Assembly: GCA_045628045.1 (NCBI GenBank)
Contig: JAZQOV010000008.1
Coordinates: forward strand, 1 to 32,807
DNA: 32,807 nucleotides
Direction of reading: 5' to 3'
Origin: Bacilli bacterium
GTDB lineage: Bacteria; Bacillota_I; Bacilli_A; RFN20; CAG-826
Shown here one piece after another: positions 17,455 through 26,366 of this stretch (position 1 is the stretch's first letter; each line of letters starts with the position of its first letter). The notes beneath the pieces were generated by a model that ran no database searches, was not told the origin of the DNA, and saw only the letters and a list, made by a program, of their open reading frames with translations. Position numbers and translations under genes: made by a program.

Positions 17455-18207
17455 ATGGCAAGAAGAAAATTGCTTTTTGGCAACTGGAAAATGAACAAAA
17501 CCATTGCCGAATCCAAAGATTTTGCAAAGCAAAGTAAAAAATTACTTAAATTTGCATCATCCAAAGGTGTCGATATTGGTGTTGCTCCAGTTTATTTATC
17601 ACTTGCTGCAGTTAAAAAAGCCAATCCAAAATTAACAGTTGCAGCAGAAAACTGTCACTTCGAAGATCATGGCGCTTTCACTGGTGAAATCTCAATTCCA
17701 ATGCTTAAAGAAATTGGCATTGATTGGGTAATTATTGGTCACTCTGAAAGAAGAACATACTTCGGTGAAACAAACGAAACTTGTAATAAAAAGCTTTTAG
17801 CTTTAGAAAAAGCAGGAATGACTCCAATTTATTGTGTTGGTGAAACTCTTGAAGAATTCGAAGCAGGAAGCACTAAAAAAGTTATCGAAAAACAAATTAA
17901 ACAAGGGCTTAAAGGTCTTAGCAAAGATTTTGTTAAGAAAATGGTCATTGCTTATGAACCTGTTTGGTCAATTGGAACAGGCAAAAATGCATCAAAAGAA
18001 ATTGCAGAAGACATTTGTGCATTCATTCGTAATTTAGTTTCTAAATTATATGGCACAGTTAGCAAAGATGTTCGCATTCTTTATGGCGGAAGTGTTAAGC
18101 CAGAAAATGTTCATGCATATTTACTTCAAAAAGATGTTGATGGTGCACTCGTTGGTGGTGCCTCATTGAAAGTAGATTCTTTCAAGGCACTTATTGAAAA
18201 TATTTAA
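17455..18207 (+). CDS. tpiA: Triosephosphate isomerase
   Basis: GNWKMN, GAFTGEIS, GHSERR, AYEPVWSIGTG, YGGSV, LVGGASL. Confidence 0.98.
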   Translation: MARRKLLFGNWKMNKTIAESKDFAKQSKKLLKFASSKGVDIGVAPVYLSLAAVKKANPKLTVAAENCHFEDHGAFTGEISIPMLKEIGIDWVIIGHSERRTYFGETNETCNKKLLALEKAGMTPIYCVGETLEEFEAGSTKKVIEKQIKQGLKGLSKDFVKKMVIAYEPVWSIGTGKNASKEIAEDICAFIRNLVSKLYGTVSKDVRILYGGSVKPENVHAYLLQKDVDGALVGGASLKVDSFKALIENI

Positions 18208-18218
18208 GGAGAAAAAAC

Positions 18219-18962
18219 ATGACTAAAGATCAAGCATTTAACAACGTTAACAAAGTTAAACCAAGTCAAGTCGGTGTTTCTTCAGGCACTAAATTCTTAG
18301 GTGCAACCTTCCTTTACATGTCACTTGCTTTAGCACTTACATTTGCTATTGTAGGAATCATGGGTGGCCTTTTAAGACTTACTGTAGGAGGAAGTGATAC
18401 ATCAGGAGAAATTCTTGGTGCTCTCCTTATTGTTGGAGTTGTACTTTATATTCCTGTTCTTATTTGGGTTCAAATTGCCGCAATAAGACAAGGCAAAAGC
18501 GTTGGTGTTGCATTTTTTGCTTATAGCATCGTAATGGGAATTTTGATTGCTCCAGTTTGTTTAGCAGTTGATATTTCAACTTTGTTGATCGCTCTTGGAA
18601 CAACATGTCTATCATTTGGTGCAATGGCATTAATTGCATGGCAAAGTAAAAAAGATTTATCTACTTTGGGCGTTATAGGTTCTGGTTTATTAATCGGAGC
18701 ATTGTTTATTGCCTTATTTAATACAATCTTCTATTTCTTTGTTCCAACTCTTTATGCAATAAATTATATTGCTATCGAAGGAGTCTTCTTTATTGCTGTT
18801 ATTCTTATTACAATTTTTGACCTTAACAGAGTTAAACAAGTTGCAATGAATAACTACGCAACAAAGAATCTTGCCTTATTATGTGCACTAAATTTATATG
18901 TGGACTTCATTTATATCTTTATTAGGCTTCTTAGATTAATAGCTATTGTAAGGCAAAAATAA
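18219..18962 (+). CDS. Bax inhibitor-1/YccA family membrane protein
   Basis: Seven hydrophobic helices; IFDLNRVK and ALNLYVDFIYIF carry the two family Asp residues. Confidence 0.88.
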   Translation: MTKDQAFNNVNKVKPSQVGVSSGTKFLGATFLYMSLALALTFAIVGIMGGLLRLTVGGSDTSGEILGALLIVGVVLYIPVLIWVQIAAIRQGKSVGVAFFAYSIVMGILIAPVCLAVDISTLLIALGTTCLSFGAMALIAWQSKKDLSTLGVIGSGLLIGALFIALFNTIFYFFVPTLYAINYIAIEGVFFIAVILITIFDLNRVKQVAMNNYATKNLALLCALNLYVDFIYIFIRLLRLIAIVRQK

Positions 18963-18981
18963 AATTATTTATATGACGCGC

Positions 18982-19029
18982 ACGCTAATATATTAAGGAA
19001 AATACTTAATGTGTTAGCGTTTTCTTTTT
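18982..19029 (+). terminator. Intrinsic terminator after the gap-pgk-tpi-yccA operon
   Basis: ACGCTAATATATTAAG / CTTAATGTGTTAGCGT 16-bp stem (two G-U) followed by TTTCTTTTT. Confidence 0.8.
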
Positions 19030-19048
19030 AAAATTTTTAAAATTTTTC

Positions 19049-19077
19049 TTGAAATTTGTTTCATTATTTGATATTTT
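19049..19077 (+). promoter_or_regulatory. Putative sigma-A promoter of the opp operon
   Basis: TTGAAA (19049-19054), 17-nt spacer, TG-A-TATTTT extended -10 (hexamer 19072-19077). Confidence 0.55.
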
Positions 19078-19151
19078 TGAGACAATAAATTTTGCGAAAT
19101 TTATTAATGCCTATTGATTATGCTTTGCGAAGCATAGAAAGGAGAGATCTT

Positions 19152-21590
19152 ATGAAAAAAGGCAAAATCTTGATTCCTTTTTTACTTGCAGCCTTCACCT
19201 TAGCTGGATGTAAAGATGGAAAAGGTGGTAATGAAGATGCAAAAACCTATACTTATAGAACATTTACATCTGTCTCACCATCAAACTGGAATGGATTAAC
19301 TTATCAAGATAATAACGATTTACAAATTTTATCCTATGTAAGTGGTGCATTCTTTACTTATGACTTTGTTCGCGATGAACAAGGTAACATTGTCGATGGA
19401 CAATTCCAAACTTGTTATGATGGAGCTAAGAAATTAGAAGACGTCACAACAACTTACGCAGGCGATGAAAAATTCGCAGTTCCTGCAGATGCTACTTCGG
19501 CATTTGCTTACAAAATCACATTAAGAGATGATCTTAAATGGGATGATGGAACTCCAATTCACGCTGAAGACTTTGTTTACACAATGAAAGAACAATTAAA
19601 TCCATTGTTCTTAAATTACCGTGCAGATAGCTTCTATGTTGGATCAACCGTAATTCACAACGCAATGAATTATGTCAAACAAGGCACAAATGCTATGTTT
19701 GATAACGGTAGTACCGAAGAAATCCTTTCAATGGATGATATTGATACTACAGACAGTAGCTTATACAAGGATGCAAGCGGCAACCCAATTTATATTGCTG
19801 TTGCACAACCATTGGAATGGCTCGGTGGAGATCGTCTTGTTGATTATTATGGTTCAGGATATCTTGATGATGAAGCTTTAGATTCATTAATTGGATTAAC
19901 TGAAACAAATAAAGAAAGTGAGCTTTATGGATATGCTCCACTTAACGCAACAACTCTTCCAATTATTCAAGCAGTTATTTCATTACCACAATGGGGTGAA
20001 GGACCAGAAAACTTTGTTGTATATATCAATATTCAAAAAGCTTTACCAGAAATGGACTTCTCAGAAGTTGGTATCTTCGTTGGAGATAATGAAAACGAGT
20101 TAGTCGTTGTCCTAGATAAACCACTTGATCTTCTTAAAGAAGATGGTTCATTAAGCTACAAAGCTGCTTATAACTTCTCAAGCTTACCACTTGTCAAGAA
20201 AGATTTGTTTGAAGCATGCAAAATTGCTCCAGCAACCGAAGGCGGCTTATGGACAACAAAATACAACTCTTCAGTTGAAACCTCAGCTTCTTGGGGACCA
20301 TATAAACTTTCTACTTTCCAAGCTGCAAAGACATATGAACTCACAAGAAACACCAATTGGTATGGTTACCAAATGGAAGAATACAAAGGACAATATCAAA
20401 CTGACAAAATTGTCTGTGATACTATTGAATCACTTGAAACTGCATGGTTAGCATTTAAAAAAGGTGACTTAGCAGGAATCGGTATCTCTGTAGCATACAA
20501 CAATACAGAATATAAGAACTCATCTAGAGCATTCTTCACAGGTGATGACTATGTTGGATCAATTCAAATCCAATCAGACGCTACAGCCTTAAAAGGTAGA
20601 GAAAAAGAAAATGTTGATAAGGAAATGCTTACATACAAAGATTTCCGTAAAGCAATTTCTGTTGGATTAGACAGAGCAGCTTACTTACAAGCAACATCTG
20701 TTGCATCAAAACCAGGTTTTGGTTTATTCAACTCAATGCACTATTATGACGTTGCTAACGGTGGCGTTTACCGTGATACAACAGAAGCTAAGAAGGTTAT
20801 TTGTGACGTTTATGGGGTTCCATACACAGATGAAAATCTTGATGAACAATACGCAACCGTTACAGGTTATAACCCAACTCTTGCCAAAGAATTATTCAAT
20901 TCATCATATGATGAAGCTATTGAAGCAGGTACTCTTAAAGCAACTGATAAAGTTGTCTTAACTGTTGGCTCATCTGTTGATAATGCATCTACAAGACTTA
21001 GTTTTGAAGAATTATCACGTCAATTCACAGCAATGACAAAAGGTACTAAATTTGAAGGTAAAGTCGAACTCGAATTCGATGCTTCATTTGGTACAAAATG
21101 GGCCGAAGACTTCCGTGCTGGTGCTTATGACCTCTGCCAAGGTGGTTGGTCAGGTGCAGCTTGGGATCCAGGCTACTTCTTACTTGCATACTTAAGCCCA
21201 GCTTACATGTATTCTGCAGCTTGGGATACAAGTGCACAAAAATTAACATTCAACCCAGATACCGGTATTGAAGGTGACCCAGTTACTGGCGAAATGACTA
21301 TGTCATTAATGGATTGGTATGATTACTTGAACTATGATGTTGCTGAAGGTTTAGTTTCACAACAATATAGACTTGGTATTATTGCAGCTCTTGAAAGAGA
21401 AATCTTAACTGCATACTACACAGTTCCATATTCATACGCATTCACAGCCGAACTCGTATCTTATAAGATCGAATATGCAACACGTAACTACAATACATTT
21501 ATGGGTTACGGTGGTATTCGTTATATGACTTATAACTATGACGACGCTGCATGGGAAAATGTAAAAACAACATTTGATTATTTAAAATAA
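19152..21590 (+). CDS. oppA: Oligopeptide ABC transporter substrate-binding lipoprotein (family 5), enlarged
   Basis: Lipoprotein signal MKKGK...LAGC after GAAAGGAG; ITLRDDLKWDDGTPIHAEDFVYT, GPYKL, DFRKAISVGLDR; 812 aa. Confidence 0.9.
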   Translation: MKKGKILIPFLLAAFTLAGCKDGKGGNEDAKTYTYRTFTSVSPSNWNGLTYQDNNDLQILSYVSGAFFTYDFVRDEQGNIVDGQFQTCYDGAKKLEDVTTTYAGDEKFAVPADATSAFAYKITLRDDLKWDDGTPIHAEDFVYTMKEQLNPLFLNYRADSFYVGSTVIHNAMNYVKQGTNAMFDNGSTEEILSMDDIDTTDSSLYKDASGNPIYIAVAQPLEWLGGDRLVDYYGSGYLDDEALDSLIGLTETNKESELYGYAPLNATTLPIIQAVISLPQWGEGPENFVVYINIQKALPEMDFSEVGIFVGDNENELVVVLDKPLDLLKEDGSLSYKAAYNFSSLPLVKKDLFEACKIAPATEGGLWTTKYNSSVETSASWGPYKLSTFQAAKTYELTRNTNWYGYQMEEYKGQYQTDKIVCDTIESLETAWLAFKKGDLAGIGISVAYNNTEYKNSSRAFFTGDDYVGSIQIQSDATALKGREKENVDKEMLTYKDFRKAISVGLDRAAYLQATSVASKPGFGLFNSMHYYDVANGGVYRDTTEAKKVICDVYGVPYTDENLDEQYATVTGYNPTLAKELFNSSYDEAIEAGTLKATDKVVLTVGSSVDNASTRLSFEELSRQFTAMTKGTKFEGKVELEFDASFGTKWAEDFRAGAYDLCQGGWSGAAWDPGYFLLAYLSPAYMYSAAWDTSAQKLTFNPDTGIEGDPVTGEMTMSLMDWYDYLNYDVAEGLVSQQYRLGIIAALEREILTAYYTVPYSYAFTAELVSYKIEYATRNYNTFMGYGGIRYMTYNYDDAAWENVKTTFDYLK

Positions 21591-21607
21591 TAACGATTAG
21601 TTTTTAA

Positions 21608-21650
21608 TTGCACTCAAAGATGGGGGCTTTAGCTCCCATCTTGTTTGCAA
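21608..21650 (+). terminator. Stem-loop between oppA and oppB (stabiliser or attenuating terminator)
   Basis: AAGATGGGGGC-TTTA-GCTCCCATCTT, extended by TTGCA/TGCAA. Confidence 0.7.
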
Positions 21651-21681
21651 CTTTTATTATATACGCGCGGGGGTGATGCGA

Positions 21682-22644
21682 ATGTACATGTTAAAATATA
21701 TCCTAAAACGTTTAGGACTATTGCTAATGACTTTTGTAATTATAGAAGTCATTTGTTTCGTGCTAATAAAATCATTACCAATAGTCATAAATATTCAGAT
21801 TGGAAAAGATGCTGAAATTTTAAGGGCACAATTAGCGTCTAGAGGATACTATGACCCAATTCCAGTCCAATTTGTCCAATATATTGTACGTATTTTTAAA
21901 AATGGTGACTTTGGAGTTTGCTATAATTTACCAGAATTCCGTAATCACTCAGTCGTTGAAGTTTTTAAAGATTCACTCCCTCCAACTATTTTAATTAACG
22001 TCTATTCAACTCTTATTTCTGTTCCTGTTGGAATTTTCCTTGGTATTCTTGCCGCATTAAGAAAAAATAAGATTGAAGACCATATTATTTCAACCGGAGT
22101 TATTCTCTTTGTATCAGTACCAAGCTTTATTTACGCATTTTTGGTTCAATTCATATTTTGCTTTTTGCTTGGATGGTTCCCACTTTTAATGAACGCTGGT
22201 TACAATTACTTTGAACCTGATATGTTTAGGTCAATGTTCCCAGCTATTATATCTTTATCATTTGGCTCTATTGCTGGTTATGCTCGTTATACGAGAGCAG
22301 AACTCACTGAAGTTTTAACAAGTGATTTTATGTTACTTGCGAGAACAAAAGGCTTATCTAAACGTCAAGCCACAACTCGTCATGCTTTAAGAAATGCAAT
22401 GGTTCCTATTTTCCCAAGCATTGTTGGTGAATTCGTTGGTGTTTTATCCGGTTCACTTATTATAGAACAAATCTTCTCAATTCCAGGTGTTGGAGGTCTT
22501 TACTTAGACTCAATTAATAACATGGATTATGATGCATTTATGTTCTTATCAGGATTCTATATTTTGGTTGGTCTTTTAGCGTCTATTGTTATTGACCTTT
22601 CATATGGAATCATCGATCCACGTATTAGAATGGGGGCAAAATAG
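21682..22644 (+). CDS. oppB: Oligopeptide ABC transporter permease
   Basis: YILKRL, EAA-loop region ARTKGLS...HALRNA, C-terminal DLSYGIIDPRIR. Start chosen from SD GGGGGTGAT; alternatives are 21676 and 21688. Confidence 0.92.
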   Translation: MYMLKYILKRLGLLLMTFVIIEVICFVLIKSLPIVINIQIGKDAEILRAQLASRGYYDPIPVQFVQYIVRIFKNGDFGVCYNLPEFRNHSVVEVFKDSLPPTILINVYSTLISVPVGIFLGILAALRKNKIEDHIISTGVILFVSVPSFIYAFLVQFIFCFLLGWFPLLMNAGYNYFEPDMFRSMFPAIISLSFGSIAGYARYTRAELTEVLTSDFMLLARTKGLSKRQATTRHALRNAMVPIFPSIVGEFVGVLSGSLIIEQIFSIPGVGGLYLDSINNMDYDAFMFLSGFYILVGLLASIVIDLSYGIIDPRIRMGAK

Positions 22645-22645
22645 T

Positions 22646-24232
22646 ATGAAAGCTTCAGAATTCAAAATTGATAAAGCTAAACTTGCCCTTGTTGGTGAAG
22701 ATAGACCACTTCACGATAAAGAATTAGTAACAAAACCTAAATCTTATCTTAGTGACGCATTTGGTCGATTTGCGAAAAATAAAGGTTCAGTTTTCGCTGC
22801 CATAGTTATTGGTATTTTGGTCCTTTATTCTTTAATCGCACCAATTTTCTCACCATATAATGTTTCATATAGAGACCCAGTTTTTGTTAAAACCCTACCG
22901 AAATCCCAATTATTTGAGAATACTAATTTCTGGGATGGATGTTCTAATAAAGAACTCAACTATAGACAATTTATTCAATACTACGCTATGGGTGTTGAAA
23001 CAGGTCATAATGCTTTAAAAAATCAGGAATATACCGTTAATAATGGTGCAGATCCTACAACAACAACCGAAACATTTAATGCTCGTGTTGACTCATATCA
23101 ACTTGCAGGATGCCAATTCAAAATGCTTACTTTAGAGGAATACCAAGATATTCAAAAGTATCAAGATGAAACCGGAATTGAGATTATTTATCCAATTACC
23201 AAAGTAAGTAAACGTCCAGTTGCTGTTCAAGATGAAAGAGACGCAAACTTCTGGTACGAAACTAAAAAGAATGGATCGATTACCGACCCAATTAACTATA
23301 CAGTCGATGAAAGTGGTGTTTTTCACTTTACGAATATTTATGTGGAACATGGCAAAGCATCTTCATATCAAGAATATTCAAGTGATATGTATACTTCGAA
23401 AGTTCGTCTTGAAGGCGATACTCCACTTTACGATTATGCCCGAATAATGCAAGGCGGAACTTTTGAAGTTCGTGTTAATTATTACGAATATTACATTTAC
23501 TACCACACTTATGTACTTCATGACAAAATCACTAAACCAATGTTTTTGTTTGGAACAACTGCATTAGGTCAAGATTTGTTTACATGTCTTGCAAGCGGTG
23601 CTAGATTCTCATTCTTATTAGCTATTGTTGTTAGCCTTGTTAACATGGTAGTTGGCGCTATTTATGGCGCTATTGAAGGTTATTATGGTGGAAAAGCTGA
23701 CTTAATTATGGAAAGAATTTCCGAAATTTTAGGTGCTGTTCCATTTATGATTGTTATAACACTTTTACGTTATCATATGGGAACCTCTCCACAATGGCTT
23801 ATTTTATTTATTGCATTCTTCGCAACAGGATGGTTAGGAATGGCAGCTACTGTTCGTATGCAATTCTATAGGTTTAAGAATCAAGAATACGTTTTAGCCT
23901 CTAGAACATTAGGCGCAAGTGATAGAAGAATTATGTTTAAACATATTTTCCCTAACTCACTTGGTACAATTGTTACATCATGTGTTTTGGTTATTCCAGG
24001 AATGATATTCTCAGAAACTAGCTTAAGCTATTTAGGTATTATCAACCTTTCAACAGGCAAAATGACTTCCGTAGGTACTTTACTTGCTGGTGGTCAACCG
24101 TATTTAACAAGTTTCCCACACATTATCATTTTCCCTGCTGTATTTATTTCATTATTAATGCTTTCATTCAACTTGTTTGGTAACGGTTTACGTGACGCAT
24201 TCAATCCATCACTTAGAGGAACGGAGGACTAA
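22646..24232 (+). CDS. oppC: Oligopeptide ABC transporter permease with large extracytoplasmic insert
   Basis: FLFGTTALGQDLF, EYVLASRTLGAS...KHIFPN, FNLFGNGLRDAFNP; 528 aa. Confidence 0.92.
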   Translation: MKASEFKIDKAKLALVGEDRPLHDKELVTKPKSYLSDAFGRFAKNKGSVFAAIVIGILVLYSLIAPIFSPYNVSYRDPVFVKTLPKSQLFENTNFWDGCSNKELNYRQFIQYYAMGVETGHNALKNQEYTVNNGADPTTTTETFNARVDSYQLAGCQFKMLTLEEYQDIQKYQDETGIEIIYPITKVSKRPVAVQDERDANFWYETKKNGSITDPINYTVDESGVFHFTNIYVEHGKASSYQEYSSDMYTSKVRLEGDTPLYDYARIMQGGTFEVRVNYYEYYIYYHTYVLHDKITKPMFLFGTTALGQDLFTCLASGARFSFLLAIVVSLVNMVVGAIYGAIEGYYGGKADLIMERISEILGAVPFMIVITLLRYHMGTSPQWLILFIAFFATGWLGMAATVRMQFYRFKNQEYVLASRTLGASDRRIMFKHIFPNSLGTIVTSCVLVIPGMIFSETSLSYLGIINLSTGKMTSVGTLLAGGQPYLTSFPHIIIFPAVFISLLMLSFNLFGNGLRDAFNPSLRGTED

Positions 24233-24236
24233 TTTT

Positions 24237-26363
24237 ATGGCAGAAAAGATTTTGCAAGTTAAAAATTTACAAGTTTCATTCCGTACTAAGGAAGGACTTT
24301 TAAAAGCGGTCAGAGATGTTTCTTTTGACCTTTATAAAGGCGAAACATTATCAATTGTTGGGGAATCTGGTTCCGGAAAATCTGTTACTTCAAAGGCAAT
24401 TATTGGTATTTTGTCTGGTAATTCTGTTGTTGAAGGCGGAGAAATTTTATATGGTGGAAAAGATTTACTAAAAATCCCTGAAGAAGAATTCCATAAAATT
24501 CGTGGAGATAAAATCTCCATGATTTTCCAAGATCCTTTATCAGCACTTAATCCAATTATGAAAGTTGGAAAACAAGTTACTGAAGCAATGATTTTGAATG
24601 GAAACGCTCGTCAAAAGAATGCTCGTTATGAATTCAATTATTATTTGAATTTGCTCAAAAAATATCTTGATATTGTTAATGAAGATAAAGAAAAGAACCT
24701 TTATCTATATAACACTATGAAGTCTCTTTGTATTAAGTCATCTTCATTTGAAAGAACATTTGTTTTAGCAAACGAGAACTTGTTCAAAGCTAAAAATTTA
24801 ATCGAAAATACAGCGTTTTTAATTGAGAAAAAACAAAAAGTGAATTTAAAGAATGTTTTGTATAGAACAACAAAATATCTTAAAAAAGCTGTTAATTCTT
24901 TCTTGATTAAAGACGTATCTTTAATTGATAATTTAACCAGTTACATTTTCGACTACTCAGAATTAACTAGTAATGAAATAGATGAATTGCTTACAAAAGT
25001 ATCTAAATTTATTAATTCATATGTAGATATAGAAAAACCAAATTTTATGCATTTAGCATATATTGCGACTACAAATCCAAGTATTGCTAATTCTGATTTG
25101 ACATTTGAGCTTTCTATGAAAGAATGCCCAGGACTTGATAAGTTTGAAGCAGAATTCACAGAACTTGGTAAAAAAGCAATTACTTACGCTCATGAAGAAT
25201 CTATAAATAAAAAACGTACAACCATCAAACTTTTGTATGAATTTAGAGATTATTTAAATAGCATCGATTCATTAGATGATAAAAAAGCTTTTGAATATTT
25301 AAAACTAACTAAAAAGGCTGTCAAAGAATCTATTGAATATATGTCTCCAAGAAAGCATTCGGTGGAATATTCCTGCGGAATTTCTTTGGATCACGAATTT
25401 AATCGTTATCTTGAAGGTTTGAAAAAGAATCCTAAAAACATTAAAAAACATAATGTTCAACAACGTAAATTCGATCATTTGGTGCAAACTGGCAAGAATC
25501 CTTCCTGGAAAGTTGTTCCAGCTTATTTAATTGATTTAGAGCTCACAAAATCTAATGTCGTTAAAATTGTCAGTAATTTAATAACTAGATACGAGAAAGA
25601 TTTCTCAAAAGAACACGATGCTGACAAGTATATGACTAGACTTACAAAGTCATTTGAAGAAAATGCTTCAAGAATGGTCCAGAAAATCACAAGAAATATC
25701 GCTAAAGCTAAGGCTTTAAATATTTTTGAAGAAGTTGGTATTCCAGAAGCAAAACTTAGATTTAATCAATTCCCGTTTGAATTTTCTGGTGGTATGAGGC
25801 AAAGAGTTGTTATCGCTATTGCTCTTGCTGCTAACCCAGACATTCTTATTTGTGATGAACCAACAACAGCTTTGGACGTTACAATTCAATCACAAATCTT
25901 AGAGTTAATTAACAAGATTAAAAAAGAAAGAAATCTTTCAGTTATTTTCATTACCCATGACTTAGGTGTTGTTGCAAATATGGCTGATAGAATCGCAGTT
26001 ATGTACGCCGGAAAGATTGTGGAATATGGTACAGCAAACGATGTATTCTATGATCCGCGTCACCCATATACTTGGGCATTACTTTCATCAATGCCAGATC
26101 TAGATACTAAAGAAAAACTTGAAGCAATTCCAGGCACGCCTCCTAATATGATTTACCCACCAATTGGTGATGCATTTGCAGATCGTAATAAATATGCATT
26201 AAAAATTGATTATGAAATGCAACCTCCATTATTCGAAATAAGTGAAACTCACTTTGCTGCTACTTGGCTACTTCATCCAGATGCACCAAAGGTGAATCCT
26301 CCAAAAATAGTAATGGATAGAATCGCTCGTATGAGAGATAGAAAAAAGAGGGGGGAACAATAA
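24237..26363 (+). CDS. oppD: Oligopeptide ABC transporter ATPase with large internal insert
   Basis: GESGSGKS, MIFQDP, FSGGMRQR, DEPTTALDVTIQ, HPYT; 708 aa; SD GGAGG. Confidence 0.93.
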   Translation: MAEKILQVKNLQVSFRTKEGLLKAVRDVSFDLYKGETLSIVGESGSGKSVTSKAIIGILSGNSVVEGGEILYGGKDLLKIPEEEFHKIRGDKISMIFQDPLSALNPIMKVGKQVTEAMILNGNARQKNARYEFNYYLNLLKKYLDIVNEDKEKNLYLYNTMKSLCIKSSSFERTFVLANENLFKAKNLIENTAFLIEKKQKVNLKNVLYRTTKYLKKAVNSFLIKDVSLIDNLTSYIFDYSELTSNEIDELLTKVSKFINSYVDIEKPNFMHLAYIATTNPSIANSDLTFELSMKECPGLDKFEAEFTELGKKAITYAHEESINKKRTTIKLLYEFRDYLNSIDSLDDKKAFEYLKLTKKAVKESIEYMSPRKHSVEYSCGISLDHEFNRYLEGLKKNPKNIKKHNVQQRKFDHLVQTGKNPSWKVVPAYLIDLELTKSNVVKIVSNLITRYEKDFSKEHDADKYMTRLTKSFEENASRMVQKITRNIAKAKALNIFEEVGIPEAKLRFNQFPFEFSGGMRQRVVIAIALAANPDILICDEPTTALDVTIQSQILELINKIKKERNLSVIFITHDLGVVANMADRIAVMYAGKIVEYGTANDVFYDPRHPYTWALLSSMPDLDTKEKLEAIPGTPPNMIYPPIGDAFADRNKYALKIDYEMQPPLFEISETHFAATWLLHPDAPKVNPPKIVMDRIARMRDRKKRGEQ

Positions 26364-26366
26364 ACT

